A stretch of 64,000 nucleotides of DNA, taken from NCBI GenBank assembly GCA_902601785.1, contig CACKOH010000001.1:54688-118687 (forward strand). Direction: 5' to 3'. The notes beneath the pieces are model-generated. The model saw nothing but the letters and a program-made list of their open reading frames with translations. It did not search any database and was not told the DNA's origin. A program made the position numbers and the translations under genes. Each line of letters begins with the position of its first letter. The first letter of the stretch is position 1. Below are positions 52,625 to 62,248 of the stretch, one piece after another. This DNA comes from an uncultured Pelagibacteraceae bacterium. Lineage in GTDB: Bacteria > Pseudomonadota > Alphaproteobacteria > Pelagibacterales > Pelagibacteraceae.

Positions 52625-54082
52625 TTATTTTTTAGCTAACAAATAATACGTTAACCAAGAAGTAAATGCACCTATAATCCATGCATATGATTGTAGAAAC
52701 ATTAAATTTGTATTCCATATTGTTGAGGCAGAAAAAATAAAACCTAATAAGATCGAGTAAGAACCCTTAATGTGCCAGCCTTTTGAATAATAATAAGCGC
52801 TTTGAGTTTCTATTGAATACAAATCTTTATTACTTAAATTTTCATTTTTAATTAAATAGTAATCAGCAATAATAACACCAAATACTGGTCCGAAAAAGCA
52901 ACTGAATGTATCTACAAAAGATAAAATACCAATTTGACTTAAAACTGTTAGCCAAAAAACTCCAACAATAAATCCTAAAAAGGAAATTATATAACTTGAA
53001 CTTTTTAAATTTAATTTATTTGGTAGAAAATTAATAAGTGAATATTGGGATGGTATGTAATTTGCTACTAAATTTGTTGATGCCGACGCGATTATTATAA
53101 AAAACAGAACAACTATTGTAATTTGTAAATTATCAAATTTACCAATTATATCTGTTGGATTTGTAAAAATTCTATCCAAATCTTGAAATTTTTGATTTAA
53201 AAAAACATCAGAACCAATAACTATAGCGACAGAAAAGAATGAAAATATTATTAAGTTTAAAATTAAACTTAAATTTCCTTTATTTAGGTCTTTCTCATTG
53301 TTCACATATCTTGAAAAATCTCCAAAACTTACAATTATAATTGAAAAGTAGGCAAAAATTGTCCCTGTAACTGTAATTAAAGGTAAAATATTATTTTCGT
53401 TTACAAAATTCTCTAAATTTAAAATATTTGAAAATGCTTGAGTGGTAGTTTTAACATCACTTAGAAAGAGAGTGAAAAAGAATATTATCATTCCTGCATA
53501 GACTATTATTGCTGAATAATTGATTAGTTTTTTATTATGTTGAATTCCAATAGAAAAAAGCATTGTTTGAAAAACGATTACTACTAAAATTGAAATCCAA
53601 TCAATTATATTTAATCCCAATAGAAAAATTAAGAAAATTTCTTGTTCAAGCAAAGTGTTATCTATTGAAAAGATAAATATTCTAATCAGGTAAACTACCA
53701 ACTTAGATAAGAAATATGTTTGAATACCAAAAAGAAAAATTCCAACCAAACTTCTTAATAATCCAAAAAATTTTGCTCCATTAAAACCTAAAGAAGATCT
53801 TAAAAGAACCGCAAATGGCAATCCAAATTTTTGAGAGGGTTTTCCTATTAAATTACAAAAAATATAAACTAAGAAAGAACCTAAAATTGATCCAAAAAAT
53901 ACAACAAAAGTATTAAGGTTATATATTAAATATAGAGAAGTGATTAAAGAAAAACCAATTAAACTTTGTATATTTACTCCCCAAAAACAAAAAAGATCTT
54001 TCCAATTCCAAGTTTTATAATTTGGATTAACAGTAACAAGGTCCCAGTTAGAGAGAGAATATTTAACTTTTGGACGACTCAC
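52625..54082 (-). CDS. NCS1-family nucleobase:cation symporter (divergent)
   Basis: About 12 TM segments; G.PF.V.LRSSLG..GA, F.DFSRY, STN.VAN and GP..GV.IADYYL motifs. Confidence 0.85.
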   Translation of the reverse strand: MSRPKVKYSLSNWDLVTVNPNYKTWNWKDLFCFWGVNIQSLIGFSLITSLYLIYNLNTFVVFFGSILGSFLVYIFCNLIGKPSQKFGLPFAVLLRSSLGFNGAKFFGLLRSLVGIFLFGIQTYFLSKLVVYLIRIFIFSIDNTLLEQEIFLIFLLGLNIIDWISILVVIVFQTMLFSIGIQHNKKLINYSAIIVYAGMIIFFFTLFLSDVKTTTQAFSNILNLENFVNENNILPLITVTGTIFAYFSIIIVSFGDFSRYVNNEKDLNKGNLSLILNLIIFSFFSVAIVIGSDVFLNQKFQDLDRIFTNPTDIIGKFDNLQITIVVLFFIIIASASTNLVANYIPSQYSLINFLPNKLNLKSSSYIISFLGFIVGVFWLTVLSQIGILSFVDTFSCFFGPVFGVIIADYYLIKNENLSNKDLYSIETQSAYYYSKGWHIKGSYSILLGFIFSASTIWNTNLMFLQSYAWIIGAFTSWLTYYLLAKK

Positions 54083-54106
54083 TAGTTTATTTTAAACTAA
54101 TAAAAT

Positions 54107-55441
54107 CTACTGTCCATATAAGAGAGACGGCAACCACAAAGCAATTTGAGGAAAAATAATAATTAAAATTAGACCAAAAACTTGAAGAACCATAAATTGC
54201 ATCATTCCGTAATAAATATCCTTTAAATCCCACTCAGGTACAACACCTTTTAAAAAATAAGCTGAGAGAGCCACAGGTGGGGAGAGCCAGGCGGTTTGTA
54301 AATTTACTGCAACCAAAATTGCAAACCAAGTTAAATTAAATCCTAAAGCCTCAACTAAAGGTAAAATAATAGGTACTATTATCATTACAATTGGCACCCA
54401 TTCTAAAGGCCATCCTAATAAAAAAATCATTACCATTATCATTGCTAAAATTAAGTATTTGTTCATTTCTAGACCTAAAAGAAACTCAGTTAATAACGTT
54501 GGAGTACCTAATCTTGCAAAAACTGCTCCAAAAAAGTTTGAGGCAGCAACCAAAACCATTATCAAAGCTGTAATTTCTAAAGTTTTGACTAAAGCTTCTT
54601 GTAATTTTGATAAAGTTAATTTCTTATAAGCTAATGAGAGCAGTAACGCTCCCATTGCACCACAACCTGCAGCTTCTGTAGGTGTTGCAAATCCAAATAA
54701 AATACTTCCTAATGCTGCAAAAACCAATGCTGCAGGTGGAACTAGACCAAGGAAAAATTCAACCCAAACTTCTTTCATACTTGCAGCTCGCATTTCCTCT
54801 GGAAGCACTGGCCCTAACTTTGGATTTATCATGCACCTAATTGTTGTGTAACCTGCATATAAACCTGCAAGAAGAATTCCTGGTATTATCGCTGCAGCAA
54901 ATAAATCTATTACTGGAATTTCCATAATTGGCCCCATAACAACAAGCATAATACTAGGTGGAATTAATATCCCCAAAGTACCTCCGGCAGTAATAGTTCC
55001 TGCCGCCAATCTGACGTTGTAGCCAGACCTGTTCATTGACTTAGCTGCCATAATTCCTAAAATTGTAACTGAGGCTCCAACGATACCTGTTGCAGCAGCA
55101 AAAATTACAGAAACAAATAAAACCGCATAGTATAATGAACCTTTTACTTTTGCTAACATCATTTGGAATGAAGAAAATAATCTCTCCATTAAACCTGCTT
55201 GCTCCATCATTATCCCCATAAAAACAAAGAGTGGAACGGCGGCGAGTGTTTGTTCGGTCATAACCATGGAAAACTGCAAGGTCATTAGATAAAAAACAAG
55301 TTTCCCAAAACCTAAATAACCAAAAACAAAACCTAAAAAAATTAATGTAAATGAAATAGGAAAACCAACAAAGATTGCAAAAAGCATTACCCCAACAAGA
55401 ATAAAACCTAAAATAGCTGGGTCTATAAGTTCAGCAATCAT
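54107..55441 (-). CDS. TRAP transporter large permease (DctM family)
   Basis: AVPLFVFMG, AATGIVGASV, GTLGILIPPS and TPTEAA motifs; ATGA overlap with the small permease. Confidence 0.95.
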   Translation of the reverse strand: MIAELIDPAILGFILVGVMLFAIFVGFPISFTLIFLGFVFGYLGFGKLVFYLMTLQFSMVMTEQTLAAVPLFVFMGIMMEQAGLMERLFSSFQMMLAKVKGSLYYAVLFVSVIFAAATGIVGASVTILGIMAAKSMNRSGYNVRLAAGTITAGGTLGILIPPSIMLVVMGPIMEIPVIDLFAAAIIPGILLAGLYAGYTTIRCMINPKLGPVLPEEMRAASMKEVWVEFFLGLVPPAALVFAALGSILFGFATPTEAAGCGAMGALLLSLAYKKLTLSKLQEALVKTLEITALIMVLVAASNFFGAVFARLGTPTLLTEFLLGLEMNKYLILAMIMVMIFLLGWPLEWVPIVMIIVPIILPLVEALGFNLTWFAILVAVNLQTAWLSPPVALSAYFLKGVVPEWDLKDIYYGMMQFMVLQVFGLILIIIFPQIALWLPSLLYGQ

Positions 55442-56052
55442 TTTTCCTCTCCAGGCCATTCACCTTTGGTAGCAGCCCAGTAACTTTTAAATAATTCTGA
55501 AATTCCTTGAATTAATAAAAAAACAATTCCAATTAATAAACAAGATTTGATAGGCCACATGTAAGGCATCCACGTTGTATCCATTCCTTTCTCACCTCTT
55601 TGAATAGACTCCCCAACAAATCCAATTGTCATATAAAGGAAAACTAACAATCCTGGAAAATAAAATAAAAGATATAACCAAAAATCAATCTTGCCTTGAT
55701 TTTTTGGTTTAAAATTTCTGTATAAAAAGTCAGCTCTTATATGAACTCCTTTAGAAAGAGCATATGCAGCACCTAACATAAACAATGCTCCATACAAAAA
55801 TCGACTTATATCGTACGCCCAAATTGTAGGGGCTAAAAACAATTTTCTTGCAAGCACTTCATAAGTCATTGCAAAAATTAGTGGCATTAAAATCCAACAA
55901 ACAACATTCCCCACCCATTTACTGAATTTATCAATGTTAATTATGGAACTAGCCATCCATGATGGCATATCTTCTGGCATTTTTCCTGAACCACCTCGCC
56001 TTTCGGCAATCATTTCATCAGATATATCTAACTTAGTTGGTTCGTCTGCCAT
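55438..56052 (-). CDS. TRAP transporter small permease (DctQ family)
   Basis: EV.AR..F.APT.W and LGAAYAL..G.HIR.D motifs; 4 TM segments. Confidence 0.93.
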   Translation of the reverse strand: MADEPTKLDISDEMIAERRGGSGKMPEDMPSWMASSIINIDKFSKWVGNVVCWILMPLIFAMTYEVLARKLFLAPTIWAYDISRFLYGALFMLGAAYALSKGVHIRADFLYRNFKPKNQGKIDFWLYLLFYFPGLLVFLYMTIGFVGESIQRGEKGMDTTWMPYMWPIKSCLLIGIVFLLIQGISELFKSYWAATKGEWPGEEK

Positions 56053-56064
56053 ATAAATTCTGTT

Positions 56065-56101
56065 AAAAAAATTAGAGCGGACAATTGAGTCCGCTCTAAT
56101 T
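56065..56101 (-). terminator. Rho-independent terminator / stabilising hairpin after the TRAP solute-binding gene
   Basis: Perfect 13-bp inverted repeat aattagagcggac / gtccgctctaatt with a 6-nt loop, followed by a U-run on the minus strand. Confidence 0.88.
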
Positions 56102-56125
56102 ATATAATTAAAGTTTGATTACTGA

Positions 56126-57220
56126 TTACTTTAATGTTGCTGCGTGAGCCATTCCTAGCTTCGCATTAGACATTTGAGCACCACTCCAATAAGGAACTGC
56201 TATATCAGCAAACTCTTTCATTGAGTCATATACCTCTTTAAAGAATGCGTTTTGCTCAGCATTTTTGTTTAAAGAAGCTAAAGCAGCTGCCATATATTCA
56301 GTGAAATAATCTGAAGGTGTATCTTCTAAAATTACTCCATGTTGAGTAGTTAACTCTCTTAAAGCTTTTCCATTTTCATAGATTCTGTAACTTAAAGATT
56401 TTGCTAATGATGCATTAGCAGCTACTTCAAGAGACTTCTTCTCATGATCAGACATAGCATTGTAAGTTTTTCCAGTAATATAAAAGTCAGCATTTACGAC
56501 TACTTGGTGTAAACCTTGTAAGTAGTAATGCTTTAATACTTTTTGGAAACCAAATGTCAAATCTGGTTTTGGACAACACCATTCAGCAGCATCAATTGTA
56601 CCTGCTTCTAAAGCTGGTAAAATGTCTCCACCACCCATCGCTACAGATGCGATACCGATATCTTTATATGTTTGTCCTGGAATTCCTGGAGGAGTTCTGA
56701 ATTTATATTTTCTAAAGTCAGCCATGTCTTTAATTGGTTTTGGAAACCAACCTAAAGCTTCTGGTCCAACTGGTTGAATCATAAATCCTTTAATATCTCT
56801 TCCCATCTCTTTCCATAGTCTGTCATATAGCTCTTTTCCTCCACCATATTGAAACCATGATAAAAATGCGATGTTGTCAATACCTACACCACCACCAGCT
56901 ACTGGCGAACCAAATAACATAGCTGCAGGGTGATCGCCTGACCAATAGTGAGTCCATGCGAAACCACAATCGATTAGACCTTTATCAACTGCATCTAAAG
57001 TTTCTTTTACACCAACAACAGCTCCTGCAGGTAAAATTTCAAACTTTAGAGATCCAGCTGTTAAAGTTGTAACAGTGTCAGTAAAGTCCTTTAACATCTT
57101 CACTTCATCAGCTTTAGTGTTAAGAACCGTCTGACATTTTAGTGTTTTTGCAGCATTAGCATTTGAAATAAATCCAAACACCATTGCAACTGCAAATAAC
57201 ATTGAAATGATTTTTTTCAT
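56126..57220 (-). CDS. TRAP transporter solute-binding protein (DctP family, TakP/monocarboxylate-like branch)
   Basis: Signal peptide; WTHYWSG, KFRTPPG, DILPALE.G.IDAAEW and GLHQ motifs; purine-rich RBS. Confidence 0.92.
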   Translation of the reverse strand: MKKIISMLFAVAMVFGFISNANAAKTLKCQTVLNTKADEVKMLKDFTDTVTTLTAGSLKFEILPAGAVVGVKETLDAVDKGLIDCGFAWTHYWSGDHPAAMLFGSPVAGGGVGIDNIAFLSWFQYGGGKELYDRLWKEMGRDIKGFMIQPVGPEALGWFPKPIKDMADFRKYKFRTPPGIPGQTYKDIGIASVAMGGGDILPALEAGTIDAAEWCCPKPDLTFGFQKVLKHYYLQGLHQVVVNADFYITGKTYNAMSDHEKKSLEVAANASLAKSLSYRIYENGKALRELTTQHGVILEDTPSDYFTEYMAAALASLNKNAEQNAFFKEVYDSMKEFADIAVPYWSGAQMSNAKLGMAHAATLK

Positions 57221-57360
57221 TTTTTTCCCTCTCTTTATTTTTAAAAATTAAAGCTTCTCTTATATTGAAATTCAAAACAAGCACTAAAATTGACATATTG
57301 TTAAATTTTTCACAGATTTATTAGAAAAAAAAATTTTTTTACTTATAAAGGATATAATTT

Positions 57361-58956
57361 ATGAATAATTATGATTTTATAATACTTGGGGCAGGATCTG
57401 CAGGTTGTGTACTTGCAAATAGATTATCAGAAAATCCAAGTCATAAAGTTCTGCTTTTAGAGGCAGGTGGAAAAGATAACTATCCATGGATACATATACC
57501 TGTAGGCTATTTTAAAACTATGCATAACCCAAAAACAGATTGGTGTTACAGAACTGAGCCTGATGAGAGCATGAATAACATATCTATAAGATATCCTAGA
57601 GGTAAAACTTTAGGTGGAAGTTCATCAATAAATGGGTTGCTATATATTAGAGGTCAAAATAGAGATTATGATGTTTGGAGGCAGTTAGGGAATACTGGTT
57701 GGGGGTGGGATGATGTATTACCTTATTTTATAAAAGCTGAAGATCAAGAAAGAGGTAAAAATGAATTTCACGGTGTTAATGGACCTTTGGCAGTTTCTGA
57801 TCAAAGAATTCATTTACCACTTTTAGATGAATTTCAAAATGCAGCTGAAGAGTTTGGAATACCTAAAACTAAAGATTTTAACACTGGCGACAATCTTGGA
57901 TGTGGATATTTTCAAGTAACAGAGAAAGATGGTTTTAGATGTAGCACGTCTGTGGGGTATTTAAATCCAATAAAAAATAGAAAAAATTTAGAAATTATTA
58001 CTCATGCACATGTAAAAAAAATAATCTTTGAAAATAAAATAGCCAAAGGAGTTGAATTTTGGCAAGGAGACGAATTAAAAAAAGTAGAAGTTAATAGAGA
58101 AATAATATTATCTTCAGGTGCCATTGGTTCACCACAAATTTTACAAGTATCAGGAATTGGAAGCACAGAAAAATTGAAAAACCTAGGAATAGAAATGGTT
58201 CACAATTTAAATGGTGTTGGTGAGAACTTGCATGATCATTTAATGTTGAGACCTATTTATAAAATTAATGGTCTTAAATCATTAAATAAAAAAATTAATA
58301 GTTTGTTTGGAAATTTAATGATTGGATTAGAATATATATTTAAAAGAACTGGTCCAATGACTATGGGTGCAAGTCAACTTTGTATGTTTGCTAAAAGTGA
58401 CTCTTCATTAGAGTTACCAGATTTACAATGGCACGTTCAGCCTATGAGTATGGATACATTAGGCGCAACTAAAAATCATGACTTTCATGCTTTTACTCCA
58501 ACTGTGTCTAACATAAAACCTACTAGCAGAGGTCATGTGAGTATCGTTGATAAAGATTCAAGAACTTATGCTAAAATAAAACAAAACTACCTATCTACTG
58601 ACAATGATAGGATGATTGCAGCTAAAGGTCTGAAATTAACCAGAAAAATAATAATGGAGTCTGAAACTTTTAAAAAGTATTCACCTGAAGAATATAGACC
58701 AGGAATAAATATTAATGACGATGAAGAATTAGTAAAAGAAGCTTCAAACTATGCTCAGACAATTTTTCATCCTGTTGGAACTTGTAAAATGGGTCAGGAT
58801 GATATGTCTGTGGTTGATGAAAAACTAAAGGTTAGAGGAGTAAGTAATTTAAGAGTAATTGATGCATCCATAATGCCAAATATTACATCAGGTAACACTA
58901 ATGCTCCTACAATAATGATTGCAGAAAAAGGTGCAGACATGATACTTAATCATTAA
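57361..58956 (+). CDS. GMC-family FAD oxidoreductase (choline dehydrogenase-like)
   Basis: [36 protein letters not shown] and GNTNAP motifs. Confidence 0.93.
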   Translation: MNNYDFIILGAGSAGCVLANRLSENPSHKVLLLEAGGKDNYPWIHIPVGYFKTMHNPKTDWCYRTEPDESMNNISIRYPRGKTLGGSSSINGLLYIRGQNRDYDVWRQLGNTGWGWDDVLPYFIKAEDQERGKNEFHGVNGPLAVSDQRIHLPLLDEFQNAAEEFGIPKTKDFNTGDNLGCGYFQVTEKDGFRCSTSVGYLNPIKNRKNLEIITHAHVKKIIFENKIAKGVEFWQGDELKKVEVNREIILSSGAIGSPQILQVSGIGSTEKLKNLGIEMVHNLNGVGENLHDHLMLRPIYKINGLKSLNKKINSLFGNLMIGLEYIFKRTGPMTMGASQLCMFAKSDSSLELPDLQWHVQPMSMDTLGATKNHDFHAFTPTVSNIKPTSRGHVSIVDKDSRTYAKIKQNYLSTDNDRMIAAKGLKLTRKIIMESETFKKYSPEEYRPGININDDEELVKEASNYAQTIFHPVGTCKMGQDDMSVVDEKLKVRGVSNLRVIDASIMPNITSGNTNAPTIMIAEKGADMILNH

Positions 58957-59549
58957 TGTTTGCTGAATTCTTTTCTCCTGAACAATTAGCAATTTTAACA
59001 CAAATAATTTTTATTGATTTAGTATTGGCTGGTGATAACGCAATTATAATTGGAATGGTTGCATCCAAATTTCCACCCGAACAGAGAAAAAAAGTTATTT
59101 TTTGGGGTATAGGAGGTGCCGTAATACTCAGAATAATATTAACACTTCTTACTGCTTACCTTTTGCAGATTACTGGTTTGAGACTTATTGGAGGTCTTTT
59201 ATTACTTTATATTGTTTACAAACTTTATGTTGACGTAATTAAGGGATCTGAAAAAGAGGATGATATCAAAGTGGATAACTCTAGTTTCATAAAAGCAATT
59301 TGGACTGTGCTTTTGGCTGATTTCACAATGAGTTTAGATAATGTTTTGGGTGTCGCTGGTGCTGCTGGTGAACATTATGGACTTCTTATATTTGGTTTAA
59401 TTCTATCCATAATATTAATGGCTACAGCTGCTACATTAATATCTGGATGGATTAAAAAATACAAATGGATAGCTTGGCTTGGATTATTAGCAATTTTGGT
59501 TGTTGCAGTTGAGTTGATTTATACAGATATTAAAATATTGTTCTTATAA
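58956..59549 (+). CDS. TerC/YjbE-family membrane protein
   Basis: IDLVLAGDNA and AD..MSLDNV motifs. Confidence 0.9.
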   Translation: MFAEFFSPEQLAILTQIIFIDLVLAGDNAIIIGMVASKFPPEQRKKVIFWGIGGAVILRIILTLLTAYLLQITGLRLIGGLLLLYIVYKLYVDVIKGSEKEDDIKVDNSSFIKAIWTVLLADFTMSLDNVLGVAGAAGEHYGLLIFGLILSIILMATAATLISGWIKKYKWIAWLGLLAILVVAVELIYTDIKILFL

Positions 59550-60307
59550 TGTATCTTCAAAAAATAAATCTCAAAAAAAAGTATGCTTTAGTAACTGGTG
59601 CTGGAAAAGGACTTGGAAGAGCCTGCTCTATTGCATTAGCAGAGGCAGGGGCGACAGTAATTGCGTTGAGTAGAACTCAATCTGATTTAAATCAATTAGA
59701 AAAAGACATTAAAAAAGTCAAAGGTAAAGTCATTAAAATTCAATGTGATGTGATGAATTATCAAGATTTAAGAGAAAAATTAAATAAAATAAAAATTATT
59801 GATATTTTGGTTAATAACGCTGGAACAAATATTCCAGAACCTTTTGAAAAAATAAAACAATCAAGCATGAACTATTTAGTAGATTTAAACCTGAAAGCTG
59901 CATTTAATGTTGCTCAATTAGTAGTAAAAAAGATGTTAAAGAATAAAAAAAGAACCGGGTCGATTATCAATATGTCTTCTCAGCTTGGACACGTAGGAAT
60001 GATTGGAAGAAATGTTTACAATATGACTAAATTTGGCATTGAAGGTTTGACAAAAGGAATGGGTGTTGAATTAGCAAAAAAAAATATAAGAGTTAACTCT
60101 GTAGCTCCAACATTTGTTGAAACACCAATGGTAAAGAGATTTTTTAAAAATAGTAAGTTTAAAAAACTGGTTTTAGGAAAGATTCCAATTGGAAAAGTTG
60201 CATCAGAGAGTGATATTGCCACGACAGTTTGCTTTTTAGCTTCTTCAGCTTCCTCAATGATAACTGGAACCTCAATTATAATAGATGGTGGATGGACAGC
60301 TCAATAA
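59549..60307 (+). CDS. SDR oxidoreductase
   Basis: TGAGKGLG, NNAG, SSQLGHVG...YNMTK and DGGWTAQ motifs. Confidence 0.9.
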   Translation: MYLQKINLKKKYALVTGAGKGLGRACSIALAEAGATVIALSRTQSDLNQLEKDIKKVKGKVIKIQCDVMNYQDLREKLNKIKIIDILVNNAGTNIPEPFEKIKQSSMNYLVDLNLKAAFNVAQLVVKKMLKNKKRTGSIINMSSQLGHVGMIGRNVYNMTKFGIEGLTKGMGVELAKKNIRVNSVAPTFVETPMVKRFFKNSKFKKLVLGKIPIGKVASESDIATTVCFLASSASSMITGTSIIIDGGWTAQ

Positions 60308-61092
60308 TTTATAGAATTATTTTAATTTTATTATTATTAATATCCCCATCATATTCAATTGAATTTAAAGGAAAATTTTTACAAGGACATTTTATACTTG
60401 GTACAACGGAACCTAATGCACAGATTTTTGTTGGAAAAAAAAAGGTTAAAGTTTCAAAAGATGGAGATTTTGTTTTTGGAATTGATAGAGATCAAAAATA
60501 TGATCTTATTTTTACTAAAATTCTTAATGGGAAAAAAATAATAATTGCTAAAAAAGTTCTAAAAAGAAAATATAACATTCAAAGAATTGATGGGCTTGCA
60601 GAAAGTAAAGTTACTCCACCCGAGTCTGTTTATAAAAGAATTAAAAAAGAAAATAATTCTATAGGTGAAGCACGGGCAATAAATTCAAATCTACAATACT
60701 TTAAAGAAAAATTTATTATGCCAGTTGAGGGAATTATAAGTGGTGTTTATGGAAGCCAGAGAATTTTGAATGGAAAACCTCGATGGCCACACTATGGAAT
60801 TGATATTGCTGCTAAACAAGGAACGGTAATAAAAGCATCAGGATCTGGGACTGTCACTATGGCAGAAGACGATTTATATTATACAGGTGGAACTGTTATA
60901 ATGGATCACGGCCATGGTATTTCTACTATATACTCACATCTTGAAAATGTTTTAGTCTCATTAGGTGATCAAATAAATCAAGGAGATATAATTGGAACAG
61001 TTGGTTCTACTGGAAGATCAACTGGTCCACATCTAGATTTTAGAATTAATTGGTTTCAAACAAGACTTGATCCAATGTCTGTATTGAATTAG
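60292..61092 (+). CDS. M23-family metallopeptidase
   Basis: HYGID, DHGHG..T.Y.HL and TGRSTGPHLD motifs; signal segment after the ATG at 60292. Confidence 0.92.
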   Translation: MDSSIIYRIILILLLLISPSYSIEFKGKFLQGHFILGTTEPNAQIFVGKKKVKVSKDGDFVFGIDRDQKYDLIFTKILNGKKIIIAKKVLKRKYNIQRIDGLAESKVTPPESVYKRIKKENNSIGEARAINSNLQYFKEKFIMPVEGIISGVYGSQRILNGKPRWPHYGIDIAAKQGTVIKASGSGTVTMAEDDLYYTGGTVIMDHGHGISTIYSHLENVLVSLGDQINQGDIIGTVGSTGRSTGPHLDFRINWFQTRLDPMSVLN

Positions 61093-61115
61093 AAAATTAT
61101 TAGCTAAATTTTTAA

Positions 61116-62246
61116 ATGAAAGACTACATAAAAATCTTTTTAATTATTTTTATATTAGATTTATTAATGACAAATTTTTTTCTCAAAAAGACAGGTTTTT
61201 GGGAAAATGAAAAATGGAAAAATAAATATCATAGAATTAAATCTGACATTTATCACCATGATTTAATGCCAAATATTGAGGCTTACGAAACCTGGGGAGG
61301 CAAACTTAAACGAAAGATAGTTACTAATTCTCTGGGATTTAGAGATATTGTTAAAAATAAAATATCTAAAAAAAGTAACAAAACAAGAATTCTTTTAATT
61401 GGAGACTCCTTTATAGAGGGTTCTGGATATGACTATGAGTTTACTTTTGCTGGTTTATTGTCAAATGAGCTTGGGAAAAATTATGAAGTACTTAATAGTG
61501 CGGTAGAGTCCTACTCTCCAAGTATTTATTTTAAAAAAACAGAACATTACTTAAACGAAGGATATACATTTGACAAAGCTCTAATTTTTCTTGATTTATC
61601 AGATATTTATGACGAGCTATTTATAAAATTTGATAATAATAAAAATATAATAGCTGAAGTCCCTAAAACTGAACAAACACTAAAAAGAAAAATAAAAAAT
61701 AAAGTTTATGCGTTAGGTCACTTCCTTCGAGATAACTCAATAACATTTAGATTCTTATATCTTCTTTCAGATAAAACAGAAGAAGTTAAGAATTACTTTA
61801 AACTTAAATTCAAAGCATCTAAATCTTTAGAAAAAAGTTTTTTTAAAACCTCAAGAGACGATGCTATTTACTATCGAATGACACATATAGATAGAGGTTT
61901 TTGGACGTATAGCAATGAAAAGTATTTAGAGGTCAAACAAGGACTTGATCAAAGTAGTTTATATTTAAAAAAATTGTTCAATCTTTTAGATAAAAAACAA
62001 ATAGACTCATATTTAATTATATATCCTTGGCCTGCACAAATTGAGTATGGTGACAGTAGGCATGAACCTTACTGGAAAAATTTTAGTGAAATAAATAACA
62101 TTAATTTAGTTAATCTTTATGATATTTTTGAAAACAAAAATAAAAGGCAATTAATTTTTGAAAATTTTATTTATGGTGATATTCATTGGAACAAGAAGGG
62201 TAATTTAAAAGTTTTTAATGAAATAATAAATAGAATAAGATTTTAA
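61116..62246 (+). CDS. Membrane-anchored SGNH/GDSL-hydrolase-like protein
   Basis: N-terminal TM, TNSLGFRD, block I IGDSF and C-terminal DIHWN..G. Confidence 0.7.
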   Translation: MKDYIKIFLIIFILDLLMTNFFLKKTGFWENEKWKNKYHRIKSDIYHHDLMPNIEAYETWGGKLKRKIVTNSLGFRDIVKNKISKKSNKTRILLIGDSFIEGSGYDYEFTFAGLLSNELGKNYEVLNSAVESYSPSIYFKKTEHYLNEGYTFDKALIFLDLSDIYDELFIKFDNNKNIIAEVPKTEQTLKRKIKNKVYALGHFLRDNSITFRFLYLLSDKTEEVKNYFKLKFKASKSLEKSFFKTSRDDAIYYRMTHIDRGFWTYSNEKYLEVKQGLDQSSLYLKKLFNLLDKKQIDSYLIIYPWPAQIEYGDSRHEPYWKNFSEINNINLVNLYDIFENKNKRQLIFENFIYGDIHWNKKGNLKVFNEIINRIRF

Positions 62247-62248
62247 AT

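Noticed and set aside
57361-58956. Naming the GMC enzyme betA
   Set aside because: Family motifs are clear, but the sequence looks closer to another GMC branch and no betB/betI is adjacent
60229-60291. Long N-terminal extension of the M23 peptidase given in the ORF track
   Set aside because: It overlaps the SDR gene; the ATG at 60292 gives a proper signal peptide
1328-60541. Many short ORF-track entries antisense to or nested within core genes (e.g. 1328-1585, 8081-8338, 24746-25183, 32152-32349, 36333-36716, 60359-60541)
   Set aside because: They lie entirely within well-supported genes, carry no motifs, and look like shadow frames
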